Of a DNA stretch of 64,000 nt, positions 8,485 to 18,935 are shown piece after piece. The notes beneath the pieces were generated by a model. It was not told the DNA's origin. It saw only the letters and a program-made list of their open reading frames with translations, and did not search any database. Source of the DNA: a virus; IMG/VR virus record IMGVR_UViG_3300044695_007705, positions 1 through 64,000 of that record. The stretch is one strand, 5' to 3'. Positions within the stretch are counted from its first letter, which is position 1, and the number at the start of each line of letters is the position of its first letter. The translations under genes and the position numbers were made by a program.

Positions 8485-11400
8485 GATACTTTAGACCTCA
8501 TAACGTTTTGGACATCGGCGTATTCTTTCCACGCCTCGTCGATAATGGTGATAACGGGTTGTTTGAGTTCGCGGGCGATTTGCTCGGCATCGGCAAAGAA
8601 CGCGCTTGTTTGTACGGTCAGGTTGATGTTTATTTGGGTCGGGCCGCCGCTACTCGTAACGACTTCACGATTGCGCAGGTTCTGGCCCACCAAATTTGAA
8701 AGTGTCGCTAATCCATTGTTCGGGATAACGAACTCGCCATCGTTGACAACCATTGCGTTTCTTCCACTCATTCTTTCCTCTAAGGCAAGAGTTGGACCGG
8801 CGAAGTTCTTGCCTCCAAAAAACGGCTTAGGTATTTGATAAGAAGTAGCGTCTACAGCAGATTGTATAAAACTCCCCGCTCCTGGAATTCTGTCCTTAAC
8901 CCAGCCAGGGGCCGACTCGTACAACGCTTGCACCATTGTGGTGATGGCACGGGGTATTGCTGTAGCTGTCGACAATGCAGCATTTAAGAATCCGACAATT
9001 CCGTTGACAAGGCCTTTAAACGCGTTTTCAAGACCTTTGCCCGCCCAGTTCATAAGATCACCGATTCCCCTGGTAAAGGTGTTCCACGTGTTACGGAACC
9101 CTTGGCCTATAGAATCTAAAAACTCGGCCATTTTATCTCTTACCCCTTTGTCCATTAAGGGGGCAACACCACCGATAACTCCCCCGATAACCGCACCGGC
9201 TGCCGTTCCGATACCTGGCACGATAGAGCCAATAGTCGCCCCTAGCATCGCCCCTTCGAACCCCCCGGATAGGACAGATCCTGCAGCCTCTAGCGATCCT
9301 GACTGGGCAGCTTGTGCCCCGGGTCCGCCAAAGATACCGAGCCCGAGGGCACCGGCTCCGGCCAAAGCTCCGCCAATAAGGGCGCCTCTGCCAAACCTCC
9401 TCACACCCCTCCCAAGAACTGCTCTTGCTCCTCCAGACCCATACCTCCTGTTAAATCTGGCCGCCACATTACTTTTGCTCCGGGAGTAATACCCGGGCGT
9501 GGCCGATTCCTCACCACTAAATCCGCCCAAAAGGGCATCTGCTGGTAGTCTAATAAGCCCTGGAGTTATATCTGATATACCTCTCCTTATGGTAGCCCTT
9601 GTGCCATACCTTCTGGCATATCTAGATATCACATCTCTCCTCCTAAAGGTTGGAAGTTCGTAATCAATATTACTAACTGCATTAGCGTTTACTTGCCTCC
9701 CCTGAGTGGCCCATCTCCTAAATTGAGCTTCTTGCGGTCCTCCTATAGCTACATTAGGAAACAAAATCCCCCCAGGAGTTGGTGTTATTGGTACATTTGC
9801 TACCGATGGTCTTATTCCCGAGTAAGGTATATTTCTCCCCTGGGAGAGTCCGTACATCAAGGATTGTCTTTCCCTATAAGCTTGTACTTGGGTCCCTAAA
9901 GCCTGGGGAAATAGGTCTGGTATAGTAGATGCGAACGGGGTTGATGGCCGCATTCTCCTAGATAACGGGTCTATCAATCCCCGCGATAATGGACTGAACC
10001 CGTTCACACCGGTAAAAGGGTCGGTCAGCAAAAGCCTGCGATTGAATTGAGTCTCAATACCCATAGCCCTATTACCTAGGGTATTGAGCATTCCGAATCT
10101 CCCCCTGGAAGTAAAGATATTCCTTAAAAGTCCTGCCCCACCCATTAATGCTCCAGGACCTAACAAAGCACCAGCGCCCATGGCCAAAGCGCTGAACATA
10201 TTACCTCCACCTCCTGTCACATCGCCTACAGCACTTGCCCTAGCCACGGCACCCAACGGTCCTGGCAAGAAACCGGCAATAAACTTAACGATCTTGCCGC
10301 CAACTTCTCCAAAAGCTTCTGTTAGTAATGAGTTGATCCCTTTATTAAGAGCAGGCAATACCGCAGTAGCGATCTCGGGTACTTTGTCTACCAAGGTTAG
10401 GAATAACTCTTTGATAAGGACGATGGCCGTCTTGCCCACCTCGGTTAAAAGGCTTGCGCCGATCTCAGCCACAAATCCCATCTCCTTTGTGTCGTCGTGT
10501 TCCCGTATCGACTTGCCGATTTTTTGAATATATTCGCGAACACCTTTACCAATGCCTTCGATAAAGGATATTATGTTTGTCGGATCAAAGTTTTTCGATG
10601 CAATCTGGTCACGTATTTCTTTAAAAAATCCCGTTATACGAGCGAAAGCGTCGTCAGGAATAGCTTGTCTTACACTGTTGTATACATTGGTAAAGAATTC
10701 TACAACCCTTTGAAAAGTGTCTTTTACCAAGAACAGGATAGTCTTGAATTGTTCGGACTTAAAGTACTCGGTGATCTTGGCAAATATGCCAGTCATGAAC
10801 TGGATCGCGTCGATAAGCGGCCTCAGCGGGTCGCCTATGCCAAATATTTCTTTGATGCTGGAGAACAAAGTTTTGAACAATCCGCTGGGACCGAAGACTT
10901 GATTAATGAGTTTATCAACTTCGTCAAACATTGTCGTCTGTTTACCGAACCGGTCAATTACTTTGCGCAAAGAGCCGAATGTCCCTGACTCAGTGTTAAA
11001 CAGTTGTGTATTCAAATCCTCAAGGACGATACGGAACCCCGCCGCCCTTTTCGCCATTTCTTTTAACTTAGCGATTGTCTGCGGATCGTTAACAATCTCC
11101 ATTAACAGCTCTGTACGTCTTGCCGGACTGTCTATGAATCCCTGACCCCCCGCCCGTTTAATCAACTCTGAACCCAAAAAGGCGGACATCGGGTCGCCGG
11201 AATTGACAAGATCTCGGCCCATTACTTTGCCGGATAGGAATTGTTGAGCAAGCCCGCCAAAATTGTCCCCTATACCGGCTCGGCGGAAATCTCGCTGGAA
11301 GGCTAGAATCCCGGTTGTAAGACTTTGCCTTAAGTCCTCCGGCAAGTTCTTACTTATGAACGGAGTTGCAGCAAGCGTTCTCTGAACGTCTTTCATCGTG

Positions 11401-11729
11401 CCGCCAGCTTTGACGGCAACGTTGTTCAACGCGGTTCCGAGCTGAGTACTTATACTCAAAGACGCTTCGTTTGAAAACCCTTTGAATACTTGAGTCAATA
11501 ACGCTGCTTGGTTTTGAGCGGCACGGAGCGAAGAAGCCCCAATAAGGCCTTGCTCTCCGATCGATTTTTGAAACTCACGGTTAATCTGGCTTAACGCACT
11601 GCGGACAACATCCAGTTTCAAGCCGCTAACCAGGAATTGATTGTCCAGGTTGGCAGAGAACCGTTTGAAGTCGGTTAGGGCACGGGCGGTATTCGCCCGG
11701 ACGTTAAGTTGGAGATTCGTTATTGCCAT
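8481..11729 (-). CDS. Tail tape measure protein
   Basis: 1082 aa, helical, with Ala/Gly-rich hydrophobic stretches and C-terminal VNDGEFVIP; lies between tail genes. Confidence 0.75.
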   Translation of the reverse strand: MAITNLQLNVRANTARALTDFKRFSANLDNQFLVSGLKLDVVRSALSQINREFQKSIGEQGLIGASSLRAAQNQAALLTQVFKGFSNEASLSISTQLGTALNNVAVKAGGTMKDVQRTLAATPFISKNLPEDLRQSLTTGILAFQRDFRRAGIGDNFGGLAQQFLSGKVMGRDLVNSGDPMSAFLGSELIKRAGGQGFIDSPARRTELLMEIVNDPQTIAKLKEMAKRAAGFRIVLEDLNTQLFNTESGTFGSLRKVIDRFGKQTTMFDEVDKLINQVFGPSGLFKTLFSSIKEIFGIGDPLRPLIDAIQFMTGIFAKITEYFKSEQFKTILFLVKDTFQRVVEFFTNVYNSVRQAIPDDAFARITGFFKEIRDQIASKNFDPTNIISFIEGIGKGVREYIQKIGKSIREHDDTKEMGFVAEIGASLLTEVGKTAIVLIKELFLTLVDKVPEIATAVLPALNKGINSLLTEAFGEVGGKIVKFIAGFLPGPLGAVARASAVGDVTGGGGNMFSALAMGAGALLGPGALMGGAGLLRNIFTSRGRFGMLNTLGNRAMGIETQFNRRLLLTDPFTGVNGFSPLSRGLIDPLSRRMRPSTPFASTIPDLFPQALGTQVQAYRERQSLMYGLSQGRNIPYSGIRPSVANVPITPTPGGILFPNVAIGGPQEAQFRRWATQGRQVNANAVSNIDYELPTFRRRDVISRYARRYGTRATIRRGISDITPGLIRLPADALLGGFSGEESATPGYYSRSKSNVAARFNRRYGSGGARAVLGRGVRRFGRGALIGGALAGAGALGLGIFGGPGAQAAQSGSLEAAGSVLSGGFEGAMLGATIGSIVPGIGTAAGAVIGGVIGGVAPLMDKGVRDKMAEFLDSIGQGFRNTWNTFTRGIGDLMNWAGKGLENAFKGLVNGIVGFLNAALSTATAIPRAITTMVQALYESAPGWVKDRIPGAGSFIQSAVDATSYQIPKPFFGGKNFAGPTLALEERMSGRNAMVVNDGEFVIPNNGLATLSNLVGQNLRNREVVTSSGGPTQININLTVQTSAFFADAEQIARELKQPVITIIDEAWKEYADVQNVMRSKVS

Positions 11730-13537
11730 TATCTAATCGCTGGCCCCTGAAATCCCTGCTCAATAGTAAAGTTTTTGCACTGATTTGAGTTGTAAACAGA
11801 GTCGATGGCATTTTTTATTTTTGTCGAACATTTAATTAGTGTGTCGTTGGAAATAGAGTTTCTTTTCTGCCTTTCGGGTATAGTTCCACTCGTGCTCCAG
11901 GCTGAAGACAGATTAAAGCATTCGCTCCCTATAGTATTACTATTAACCCCGGAACCATAAAAAGAATTTGAGGTGGCTTTTTCTAGTAATTTACTATATT
12001 TATCTCTATTTCCGGGGTAGGTGTCCTGGAAACTCTGAGATCCCGGTGGCACTGGAACCGGGAAATTGAAGAAGGGTATTAGAGCAACTCTAGCGCTGGC
12101 TAAACCGCTCTTATTTTTATTCGCTAAACCCCCCATATCTTGCCAAGCCCTTGAGTCTGAATTCAATGCATTGCAGTTGGTTGAACTTAGCTTTTTAGGG
12201 TTTGCCGTGCCCCCTCCTGGTTGGTTTGCTGGTGCGGTAGTAGTATTAGTACTCCCCCCTTGTGTTCCCGGCGCAGCCGGGACTCCCACACCAGACCTGG
12301 GCAGCAGCGGATCGTTTACCAGCGGCATTCTCCCCGGCCTGGCTATGTCAACAAACCCGTCGTTAATCGTCCATTCAGGCACTTGCTCCAGCTCGAAAGA
12401 TACTTCTGCGTTGACAAGTGCTCCGGCGTCCCAGGCTCGTTCGCGGACACGTATGTTCTGGATTACGCAAGGCCCAAAAACCCTGGCTCCCCAAACAAAT
12501 TCGAGTACGGGAGGTCCATCATCCCCGTTCTCACCATCCCGTGCCATGAACAGTTGTTGCAAACCTCTTTCAAGAGAATCGACCCGCTTGCCAATAACAT
12601 AGCCCGTCAACAAGACCTTGCCAAATATAAGCTTTCTGTTCTTATTTGATTTCCAGGACAAGGGCTGGCCGCTATTTGCCGGATCAGACACACCCCAGGT
12701 CTCGGCCCGGTTATAATCCGGTCCGGAGTCGAGTTGCAACTCTTCTGGGTTGAAAAGAAACTGCCATACACTTTGTGAACTCGCACCGCCGATGGAAGGG
12801 GTGACGGTGCTGGGAGCGCCCGGATTCGCGTTATACACTTTGCCCCAGTCTATGGGAGGTTGATTAAGTATAGACGGATCGATTATGCTGGGTAAAAAGT
12901 TAGATTTGGGCTGCTCGGGAGGTTTTGGTGTTGGGGCAGGAGACGGCACCGGTTGACTTTGCGAAGGCGCAGGTTGTTCCGGTACTGGTTGAACAGGGGG
13001 TGGAAAACTTTGTCCCGGGTTGTAACCTTCTGGTAGGGGAAATACTTGTCTACCTCCTGTTATAGGAGGAATAGACGCTATAAGTCTTGAAGTCCTTTGT
13101 AACTGACTTCCTTCAAAATCGTAAGGATTTGCCTGCAGATTATTGACGGCTGAAGCTGCAGATCCCGGTGCGCTTGAAGAAGGCGAAGAAGTTACAGCGC
13201 CCGATGCTTGAGTCTTTTGTTGCGCTCCCCTTCTTGTCCAATACATTAGACTGGCGATGCGATTTTGCATCCCCCCAGACGTACCCTTTACAAAATTAAT
13301 TTTTGCCAGGTTCTGCGATACCGATAGGTGTGCTCCTCTCCTGGTGATTGTATCTGATACTCCGGTGTAGTCAAATTCGGGGGTGAAAAACCCCGTCCTT
13401 TCCATTAAACTTTGGGTCCCCAAAAGTCTCTCAACTATAGACGGCCTTTTCGCCTGAGGAACCTCAAGAGGGATCTCGTCTAGGGGTTGAGAGTATTTTT
13501 CTAAATCCTTGAGATTAAGATCTTCGTACTTCGCCAC
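11729..13537 (-). CDS. Contractile-tail tube-initiator (CIS-tube-like) protein with Pro-rich extensions
   Basis: WQFLFNPEEL...PPVLEFVWG..GPCVI...AEVSFEL. Confidence 0.7.
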   Translation of the reverse strand: MAKYEDLNLKDLEKYSQPLDEIPLEVPQAKRPSIVERLLGTQSLMERTGFFTPEFDYTGVSDTITRRGAHLSVSQNLAKINFVKGTSGGMQNRIASLMYWTRRGAQQKTQASGAVTSSPSSSAPGSAASAVNNLQANPYDFEGSQLQRTSRLIASIPPITGGRQVFPLPEGYNPGQSFPPPVQPVPEQPAPSQSQPVPSPAPTPKPPEQPKSNFLPSIIDPSILNQPPIDWGKVYNANPGAPSTVTPSIGGASSQSVWQFLFNPEELQLDSGPDYNRAETWGVSDPANSGQPLSWKSNKNRKLIFGKVLLTGYVIGKRVDSLERGLQQLFMARDGENGDDGPPVLEFVWGARVFGPCVIQNIRVRERAWDAGALVNAEVSFELEQVPEWTINDGFVDIARPGRMPLVNDPLLPRSGVGVPAAPGTQGGSTNTTTAPANQPGGGTANPKKLSSTNCNALNSDSRAWQDMGGLANKNKSGLASARVALIPFFNFPVPVPPGSQSFQDTYPGNRDKYSKLLEKATSNSFYGSGVNSNTIGSECFNLSSAWSTSGTIPERQKRNSISNDTLIKCSTKIKNAIDSVYNSNQCKNFTIEQGFQGPAIR

Positions 13538-13561
13538 AGACCAAGTAAATGCTTATACTTG

Positions 13562-13570
13562 GCTTTCAAC
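13562..13570 (-). promoter_or_regulatory. GTTGAAAGC putative late promoter
   Basis: 24 nt upstream of GTG 13537, heading the tail operon. Confidence 0.7.
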
Positions 13571-13575
13571 GATTT

Positions 13576-14559
13576 TTACACAGGCGGATCGCTATGCTCA
13601 AAGCTCCAGGCAATCGCGTTCTTAACAACTTCCTCAGGGTTTTTGTCCCATCCGTCAAAGTGTGAATTTTTCTCCACCCGTTCCAGCACCCAGCTCAGGA
13701 TTACATTGCCGACTGTTTCCTTCATCCTCGCGATACGAGACGTGTTACGCCACAAACACTCGTAACGGCTTGAACCATTCGAGCCGTCAAATTTCTCGAT
13801 TTCAAGAAGCAAGCCACCAATCTTGCGTCGGACAAATGTACGCTTGCCGGGCGAAAGCCTGGCAAATATCTTGCGCTGATCGTCTTCTGTTCCCCAGTCC
13901 GGCTCGTACTCTTTTGACTCAGGATCGCGGTTAACAACGTATTGAGAGGCAGAGACAGAATCGGCTAGTGACTGCAACACTCCCAACGGTGTGACTACCT
14001 CGTCATTGAAATATACGATCGAGTCGGGTTGGGAGCCAAAATACAACCGGGCGACATCGACACATGATTTATCAGCGTTCAGGCCATGTGCCAAGGCAGT
14101 AGAAAACAGTTTCGCCTGTTGAAATTCTGTCACTTCCTGCTCAAGAAAGATAATACCTCTGAACTTGGGATGTTCGGGAGTACTTGAGAAGGAGTGGTGT
14201 AAAATGTTGAATTGGATTCCGAGTTGTCCTGCTTGTTGGATGATTTCCTCAGCCGAATCGCCATCATCATAATCCACACCTAGGACTTGGCAGCTCTTGA
14301 ACAAAGGCTCGATCCTGCGCCTGCGTTTCCAATCCGGGCATTCGTTGAATACAAAAGGCGACCATGTCTTGCCTTGGACTATGGCCCTGGCGAGTGATTT
14401 TGGTGTGACATCGGCTGTGTCAGTGCCGAGCCGGAGACCCAGGACCCTAACCTCGCTTTTAGGATTGCCATACTTGTCGGTCAAATTGCCATATTGGATC
14501 TTGGCCGACGGTTTATGGTCCCAAGATTCTTGATCCAGGGAGATGGTAGCGGTTGTCAT
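13576..14559 (-). CDS. AEP-superfamily primase / primase-polymerase
   Basis: VDYDD (DxD), HHSFSS..HPKFR, DKSCVDVARLYFG. Confidence 0.75.
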   Translation of the reverse strand: MTTATISLDQESWDHKPSAKIQYGNLTDKYGNPKSEVRVLGLRLGTDTADVTPKSLARAIVQGKTWSPFVFNECPDWKRRRRIEPLFKSCQVLGVDYDDGDSAEEIIQQAGQLGIQFNILHHSFSSTPEHPKFRGIIFLEQEVTEFQQAKLFSTALAHGLNADKSCVDVARLYFGSQPDSIVYFNDEVVTPLGVLQSLADSVSASQYVVNRDPESKEYEPDWGTEDDQRKIFARLSPGKRTFVRRKIGGLLLEIEKFDGSNGSSRYECLWRNTSRIARMKETVGNVILSWVLERVEKNSHFDGWDKNPEEVVKNAIAWSFEHSDPPV

Positions 14560-14639
14560 TTAATGTAGGGGAGAAGCATTAGGATCAGGATACCGTAGAA
14601 TAGTGTAATTGTCAATAGCAAGGCGATGAGTCGAGTCAT
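14556..14639 (-). CDS. 27-aa hydrophobic micropeptide MTRLIALLLTITLFYGILILMLLPYIK
   Basis: Hand translation; starts 2 nt after the helicase stop, and its TGA overlaps the primase ATG (ATGA). Confidence 0.5.
   Translation of the reverse strand: MTRLIALLLTITLFYGILILMLLPYIK
14587..14615 (-). promoter_or_regulatory. Host sigma70-type promoter TTGACA-N17-TATCCT upstream of primase
   Basis: Consensus -35, 17-nt spacer, 4/6 match at -10. Confidence 0.55.
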
Positions 14640-14641
14640 TA

Positions 14642-16495
14642 TCATAGCTTTTGTGGGTCGTACCCGGCGTTGTATATCCACTCTGTATTACATCTGTTCT
14701 TAACGTCGGTCAAATAGGTTAATTCTTCTTGATCTGTAACAGTCGCCATTAGGTCTCTGGCAAGCCTGTAGATCTGTTTCTTCTCCCCCCTAATCATTTC
14801 CCAAGTCCTTACGATATGTGACATTTTCTTTCCCATACTAAACCCGTCCCTAAGTGTAAGAGCGGAAAACACATTTTCAGTCGCCATCGCCAAGTCTTTA
14901 TCGGCTTTGTAATTGTTAAATATTTCGTACGCTTTGTCGACGCTTGTGATCAAAAGTTTTCTCTGCGCCCAGTAAGGATGTGCTTGCTCGCGCTTTGCAT
15001 TTTCCCAGTGCGCTTTCATATTTCGCCTGAGATTATTAGCTTTCATATCAATCGCGATGAATCTTGTAGCTTCGAGAACACTAGCAAGCGAACCGAGAGT
15101 AAGCTCGGGTAGATAGTCTCCCTGGCCTTTGTGACATCTAATGGCATAAGCAAGAAAACTAAACCTTAAATAACACTCCAAAGCATTTTTATGTATTTGT
15201 ATCCTAAGGTACGGGAGTAACTGCTCGCTGTGGAAATGAACGTCTGTTCCCGAACGCACCTTTGACAGGAAGAAGTCGGTACACTCGCGCATTACCTTCA
15301 TAAACAGTGTAACCTCATCGACCTTAAGCGTCTTGCACAAGTGTTTTATATTTGCAACGGGATGTATATCTCTTTTCATCGTCTCGGACATTTCTTCCTG
15401 CTCGAATGCCCGGTAAGTCGATATCAGGGCGAGGCGGCTTATCGCCCCCGAATCAAGACTGTAAGATATCTCGGACCTGACCTCGTTACAATTTGCGATT
15501 ATAACTGTGTTTGATACCACTTCAATAGAGTCGGTACCCTTATTCTCGACTTTCTCCGTACCCCCTGTGACTACAGACTTAAAACTATGCGCTTTGAGCA
15601 TGTTCTCAAGCGATTCGAGAGTTAAATCGTCGTTGTACGCGAGGTGTGAAGTGACAACTGCTCCCTGATTAAAGCGACTACCAAATTGGCCAAAATTCAC
15701 TACATTATAGCCACAATACTGCATCGCTTTCATAATCCCACCCAAGACGGTACTTTTGCCGACCCCGGGTTCCCCGACAATCACCCCAGCCTTTCTAAAC
15801 CCGTGCATTAGAAGCTCACCACTACCGGGATGGATGTTGCCACTCCTCCCTACGCATGCCCTGCCGATAATCAGCTTAAACATCTCCGCTTCGGCCGGAG
15901 GGAAAATGGTTACAATATCCTCGAACTTTAACTTTCTCACTCGTTCTTCGAACCAGTCGTTCTCCGGCACATAAGCATACACATTGTTAAGGCTTTTGGC
16001 TTTGAACTCGTTCTCGATCGAGTTGGGCGAATACGCTATTCCTAAGTCATAGGTTCCTCCTCCCATTTTCTTATGCCTTATTGCCTTAAGATTCTCCACC
16101 CCCAGGACATAGTCCGTGACTTCACTCGCCCTCCCCGACCTATACATAAACAACGGCATTGCAAAGTCACGGCAATCCGGGTCTTTGAACAAGCCGCCTT
16201 CTTCGTCCAACGCTTCGTTTTGTAGGCTTTCGAGAGTAAACTCAGAGGCCGGGATTAAAAACTCAAACCATTTGGGATAATTTATCCCTCTGGGCAAGCT
16301 ATTTTTGAAGTGGGATTCTCCCGGGCTGAACTTCTCGTACAAGTCATGAAAAGAGGTGAGCTTAGAGTCGATGTTGACACGCAAGTAGTAGCCACGAGAT
16401 TCGAGGGCGGCGATACTGCTTGCATATTTTGACGCTGGGCCCTTCTCCTTCAAAAGGGCGTCTGACGAGTTGGCTTCCTTTTTCTTACTGGGCAT
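14642..16495 (-). CDS. SF3 / D5-like replicative helicase
   Basis: Walker A GEPGVGKST, Walker B-like YNDD, KSVVTGG..VENKG, IIANCN, GAISRL. Confidence 0.75.
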   Translation of the reverse strand: MPSKKKEANSSDALLKEKGPASKYASSIAALESRGYYLRVNIDSKLTSFHDLYEKFSPGESHFKNSLPRGINYPKWFEFLIPASEFTLESLQNEALDEEGGLFKDPDCRDFAMPLFMYRSGRASEVTDYVLGVENLKAIRHKKMGGGTYDLGIAYSPNSIENEFKAKSLNNVYAYVPENDWFEERVRKLKFEDIVTIFPPAEAEMFKLIIGRACVGRSGNIHPGSGELLMHGFRKAGVIVGEPGVGKSTVLGGIMKAMQYCGYNVVNFGQFGSRFNQGAVVTSHLAYNDDLTLESLENMLKAHSFKSVVTGGTEKVENKGTDSIEVVSNTVIIANCNEVRSEISYSLDSGAISRLALISTYRAFEQEEMSETMKRDIHPVANIKHLCKTLKVDEVTLFMKVMRECTDFFLSKVRSGTDVHFHSEQLLPYLRIQIHKNALECYLRFSFLAYAIRCHKGQGDYLPELTLGSLASVLEATRFIAIDMKANNLRRNMKAHWENAKREQAHPYWAQRKLLITSVDKAYEIFNNYKADKDLAMATENVFSALTLRDGFSMGKKMSHIVRTWEMIRGEKKQIYRLARDLMATVTDQEELTYLTDVKNRCNTEWIYNAGYDPQKL

Positions 16496-17678
16496 TGAAC
16501 CTGATCAGCATGGCTTTGTAGTCTTTTCGGGCTTGTTTTAAGTCTTTAATCCGTTGAGAGTCTACTGACTCCGGATCAGCCTTCTTCAACGATTCAAGTT
16601 CTTTAATCTCATCTAAGGCGGCTTTATCCTCCTCTACGATTTTAGCACATTTCTCGAACGGGCCGTCGGGCAGGTCGATGCAATGCTTTTTGTTCAACCC
16701 CCTGAGGTTGGGGTAAAGCGCTTCCCGGCGCTCTTTGACGGCCCGCTCGCTGAACAGGGCGATCTCGTGGCGGTCCGGGGCCGGGATCTCAGGCAGGAAC
16801 ATCCCCAACCCTCTGAGGTAGGTTTCGGCCTTAGCGAGGTGGTCAGGCCGGTTCGATCGCCTCGTATCGGCCATTATCCCGGCCAGGGTGGCTTCCTCGT
16901 CAGCAGTCCAGCCCCAGACTTCGTCTTCCTCGTACAGGTCGAAGAAACGGAGGGGCGTCCCGGGCATTAAATTATCACCTTTATCGCCGACTTCCACCTT
17001 GACAGTATAAGTTTCTCGCGCAGTTTTAATATGCAATTTCTCCTTCCTCAAGTAATAATCACATACTTCATGCTCTGTACGAATTCTTGGAAGCCACGGC
17101 CCAGTATTACACCAGACAACCTTATGATGGTCAGAGACCAAGCCTTGCCAATCCCCATCCAACGTACTTAACAGGATGTAGCGGTCGATAGGGGGTGAGT
17201 TTCGTTGTATGCGTGCGATTTTACCCGCGACATCATCCGCTTCATAAAATTCCTTTTCAAAGAAGTGGAACGTCGAGCCTGGCGCTTTGAGATATTTATA
17301 CCCCTCTTCAAGGATTATAGGAAACAAAGATGGTTTGTCCGGTCTACCCCCCTTGTACTCCGGCATGCCCAAGGCATGGGCTTCGATACTTCTCCAGTAC
17401 CCTTTCAAGCCGTCGCCAAACTCACCTTTAAAATCATCGACGACTACTGCAGTAAAGTCATGCCGTGGTATCGAGTCGATTCCGCGATTGAGTTTATAAG
17501 CCCACAACGCTTTGACGATGTTTCGCAGAGCGGGCTCATTGTCCTCGCCGACTATATCCAGGGCCGATTCGGTGAACGAGTGAATCGCGTGCGCGTACAC
17601 CTTGTAGTCAATAACAACGAGCGGGAGGTTTTTTTCTCCGGCAAGCCGGGACTCGAGCCAATTTTCCTTAAGTTCCAT
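16485..17678 (-). CDS. 5'-3' exonuclease / T4 RNase H-like flap endonuclease
   Basis: VID, YKGGR, YEADDV, DGDWQGL, GDKGDNL acidic motifs. Confidence 0.85.
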   Translation of the reverse strand: MELKENWLESRLAGEKNLPLVVIDYKVYAHAIHSFTESALDIVGEDNEPALRNIVKALWAYKLNRGIDSIPRHDFTAVVVDDFKGEFGDGLKGYWRSIEAHALGMPEYKGGRPDKPSLFPIILEEGYKYLKAPGSTFHFFEKEFYEADDVAGKIARIQRNSPPIDRYILLSTLDGDWQGLVSDHHKVVWCNTGPWLPRIRTEHEVCDYYLRKEKLHIKTARETYTVKVEVGDKGDNLMPGTPLRFFDLYEEDEVWGWTADEEATLAGIMADTRRSNRPDHLAKAETYLRGLGMFLPEIPAPDRHEIALFSERAVKERREALYPNLRGLNKKHCIDLPDGPFEKCAKIVEEDKAALDEIKELESLKKADPESVDSQRIKDLKQARKDYKAMLIRFNAQ

Positions 17679-17703
17679 GGGGTTCTTTGTTGAACCCAGT
17701 ATA

Positions 17704-17934
17704 TCACGTACCGAAGAACTTTGCGCTGAGAACGCGCTGTGCGCGGACGAATTTCCTGATTGGCATGTTTGTCACCAAAGCAAATTCCAAGAGAGTCTTA
17801 GGCTTCATCTCTTCCAGACTTAGGTTAAGACTAGGATCAGAATCCGATACAAAGAATTTCTCGCCGTCTCGGGCGACAACAAGAAAATCGGTTTGCGTAT
17901 CAAACCGAATCGGTTTAGAGAGTTTTTCGATCAT
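17704..17934 (-). CDS. Hypothetical protein
   Basis: 76-aa ORF coupled (ATGA) to the upstream gene. Confidence 0.5.
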   Translation of the reverse strand: MIEKLSKPIRFDTQTDFLVVARDGEKFFVSDSDPSLNLSLEEMKPKTLLEFALVTNMPIRKFVRAQRVLSAKFFGT

Positions 17935-18386
17935 GCCGCCCGCCCCTTCACTCCTTCTTTGGCAAGACGGCGAATTTGAGCATCAGCTTCCTTAGGCGCT
18001 TCGGGAAGTTCACGCTTGAACGAACGTTCGCCTTTACCAGCTTTCTCCCCATCACCAGGTTCTTTTTCCTTGCCCCACTGCTTACCACCTCTAGTGGCAG
18101 CTTCGACCTTAGACTCCAGGGTCGCCTCGGACTTCGGATCTGTCATGCATACACCATTTTGATTGCTAGTCCCCGGAGGACACTGAGATACGGGCTTACC
18201 GCCGTACAGGGCGGGAGTGCCGCTACCGCCAGCATCCTCAAAAGACACTTTGTCCGAGGCGTCCTCGTGGGCCCCAGGGTCCCCCAGGTCCGGCATTTTG
18301 ATCTCACTTTGACCGATAGGCGTCCCAGAGACCCAACTCTCCTTCGGCGCCTCGCTCCAGCCCTTAGGCTTCTCGTAATAAGTCAT
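17931..18386 (-). CDS. Charged late protein with N-terminal PKGW tag
   Basis: 151 aa; preceded by GTTGAAAGC; contains CPPGTSNQNGVC. Confidence 0.6.
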   Translation of the reverse strand: MTYYEKPKGWSEAPKESWVSGTPIGQSEIKMPDLGDPGAHEDASDKVSFEDAGGSGTPALYGGKPVSQCPPGTSNQNGVCMTDPKSEATLESKVEAATRGGKQWGKEKEPGDGEKAGKGERSFKRELPEAPKEADAQIRRLAKEGVKGRAA

Positions 18387-18404
18387 TTGAAATACGCTTT
18401 CAAA

Positions 18405-18413
18405 GCTTTCAAC
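18405..18413 (-). promoter_or_regulatory. GTTGAAAGC putative late promoter (followed by a TTTGAAAGC near-copy)
   Basis: 18 nt upstream of ATG 18386; contains the upstream stop. Confidence 0.7.
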
Positions 18414-18906
18414 GAAATATTCTGGTCAATGATTCGATAATTCCGTCGTCAGACGCCTTAGCTTTAGACACTTTGGCCGCTTCGGCAACAAGCTTGCTCG
18501 GCTTAACCTTTTTACCGAGTTTACGATACGCTTTGACCGTGGTTTCCGCGTTCTTTTCCACCTTGCTAAGCAGCTCTTGCGATTGTTGTTTCTGCTCCGC
18601 CACTCTCGGATCCCATTTCGACAGGATATAGCGTGTAAGCTTTTCCACCTCCTTCTCATCAAGATTGTTATCAGAAATAGACTCTAAGATCGAGCCGGTA
18701 ATCACCCTAAGCTCGGACTTAGAATACCAATCAGTAGACCTGTGCTTCAGCCAGAAAGAATCTACCGCATTAAAAGCATCTGCAAGGAAGGCGGGATCGA
18801 AGAGTTTTCTGTCAAGCAGATTTTTATTCACGAAATTCGCCACACTTCCATAAGCTTTACTGGCGAAGGGAAGCTTATTGAAAAGATTGAAAGTAAAGTT
18901 TACCAT
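18409..18906 (-). CDS. Hypothetical late protein
   Basis: 165-aa ORF flanked by GTTGAAAGC motifs. Confidence 0.6.
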   Translation of the reverse strand: MVNFTFNLFNKLPFASKAYGSVANFVNKNLLDRKLFDPAFLADAFNAVDSFWLKHRSTDWYSKSELRVITGSILESISDNNLDEKEVEKLTRYILSKWDPRVAEQKQQSQELLSKVEKNAETTVKAYRKLGKKVKPSKLVAEAAKVSKAKASDDGIIESLTRIFR

Positions 18907-18926
18907 TTTACAAACGGGTACGCAAA

Positions 18927-18935
18927 GCTTTCAAC
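18927..18935 (-). promoter_or_regulatory. GTTGAAAGC putative late promoter
   Basis: 20 nt upstream of ATG 18906; contains the HNH stop. Confidence 0.7.
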
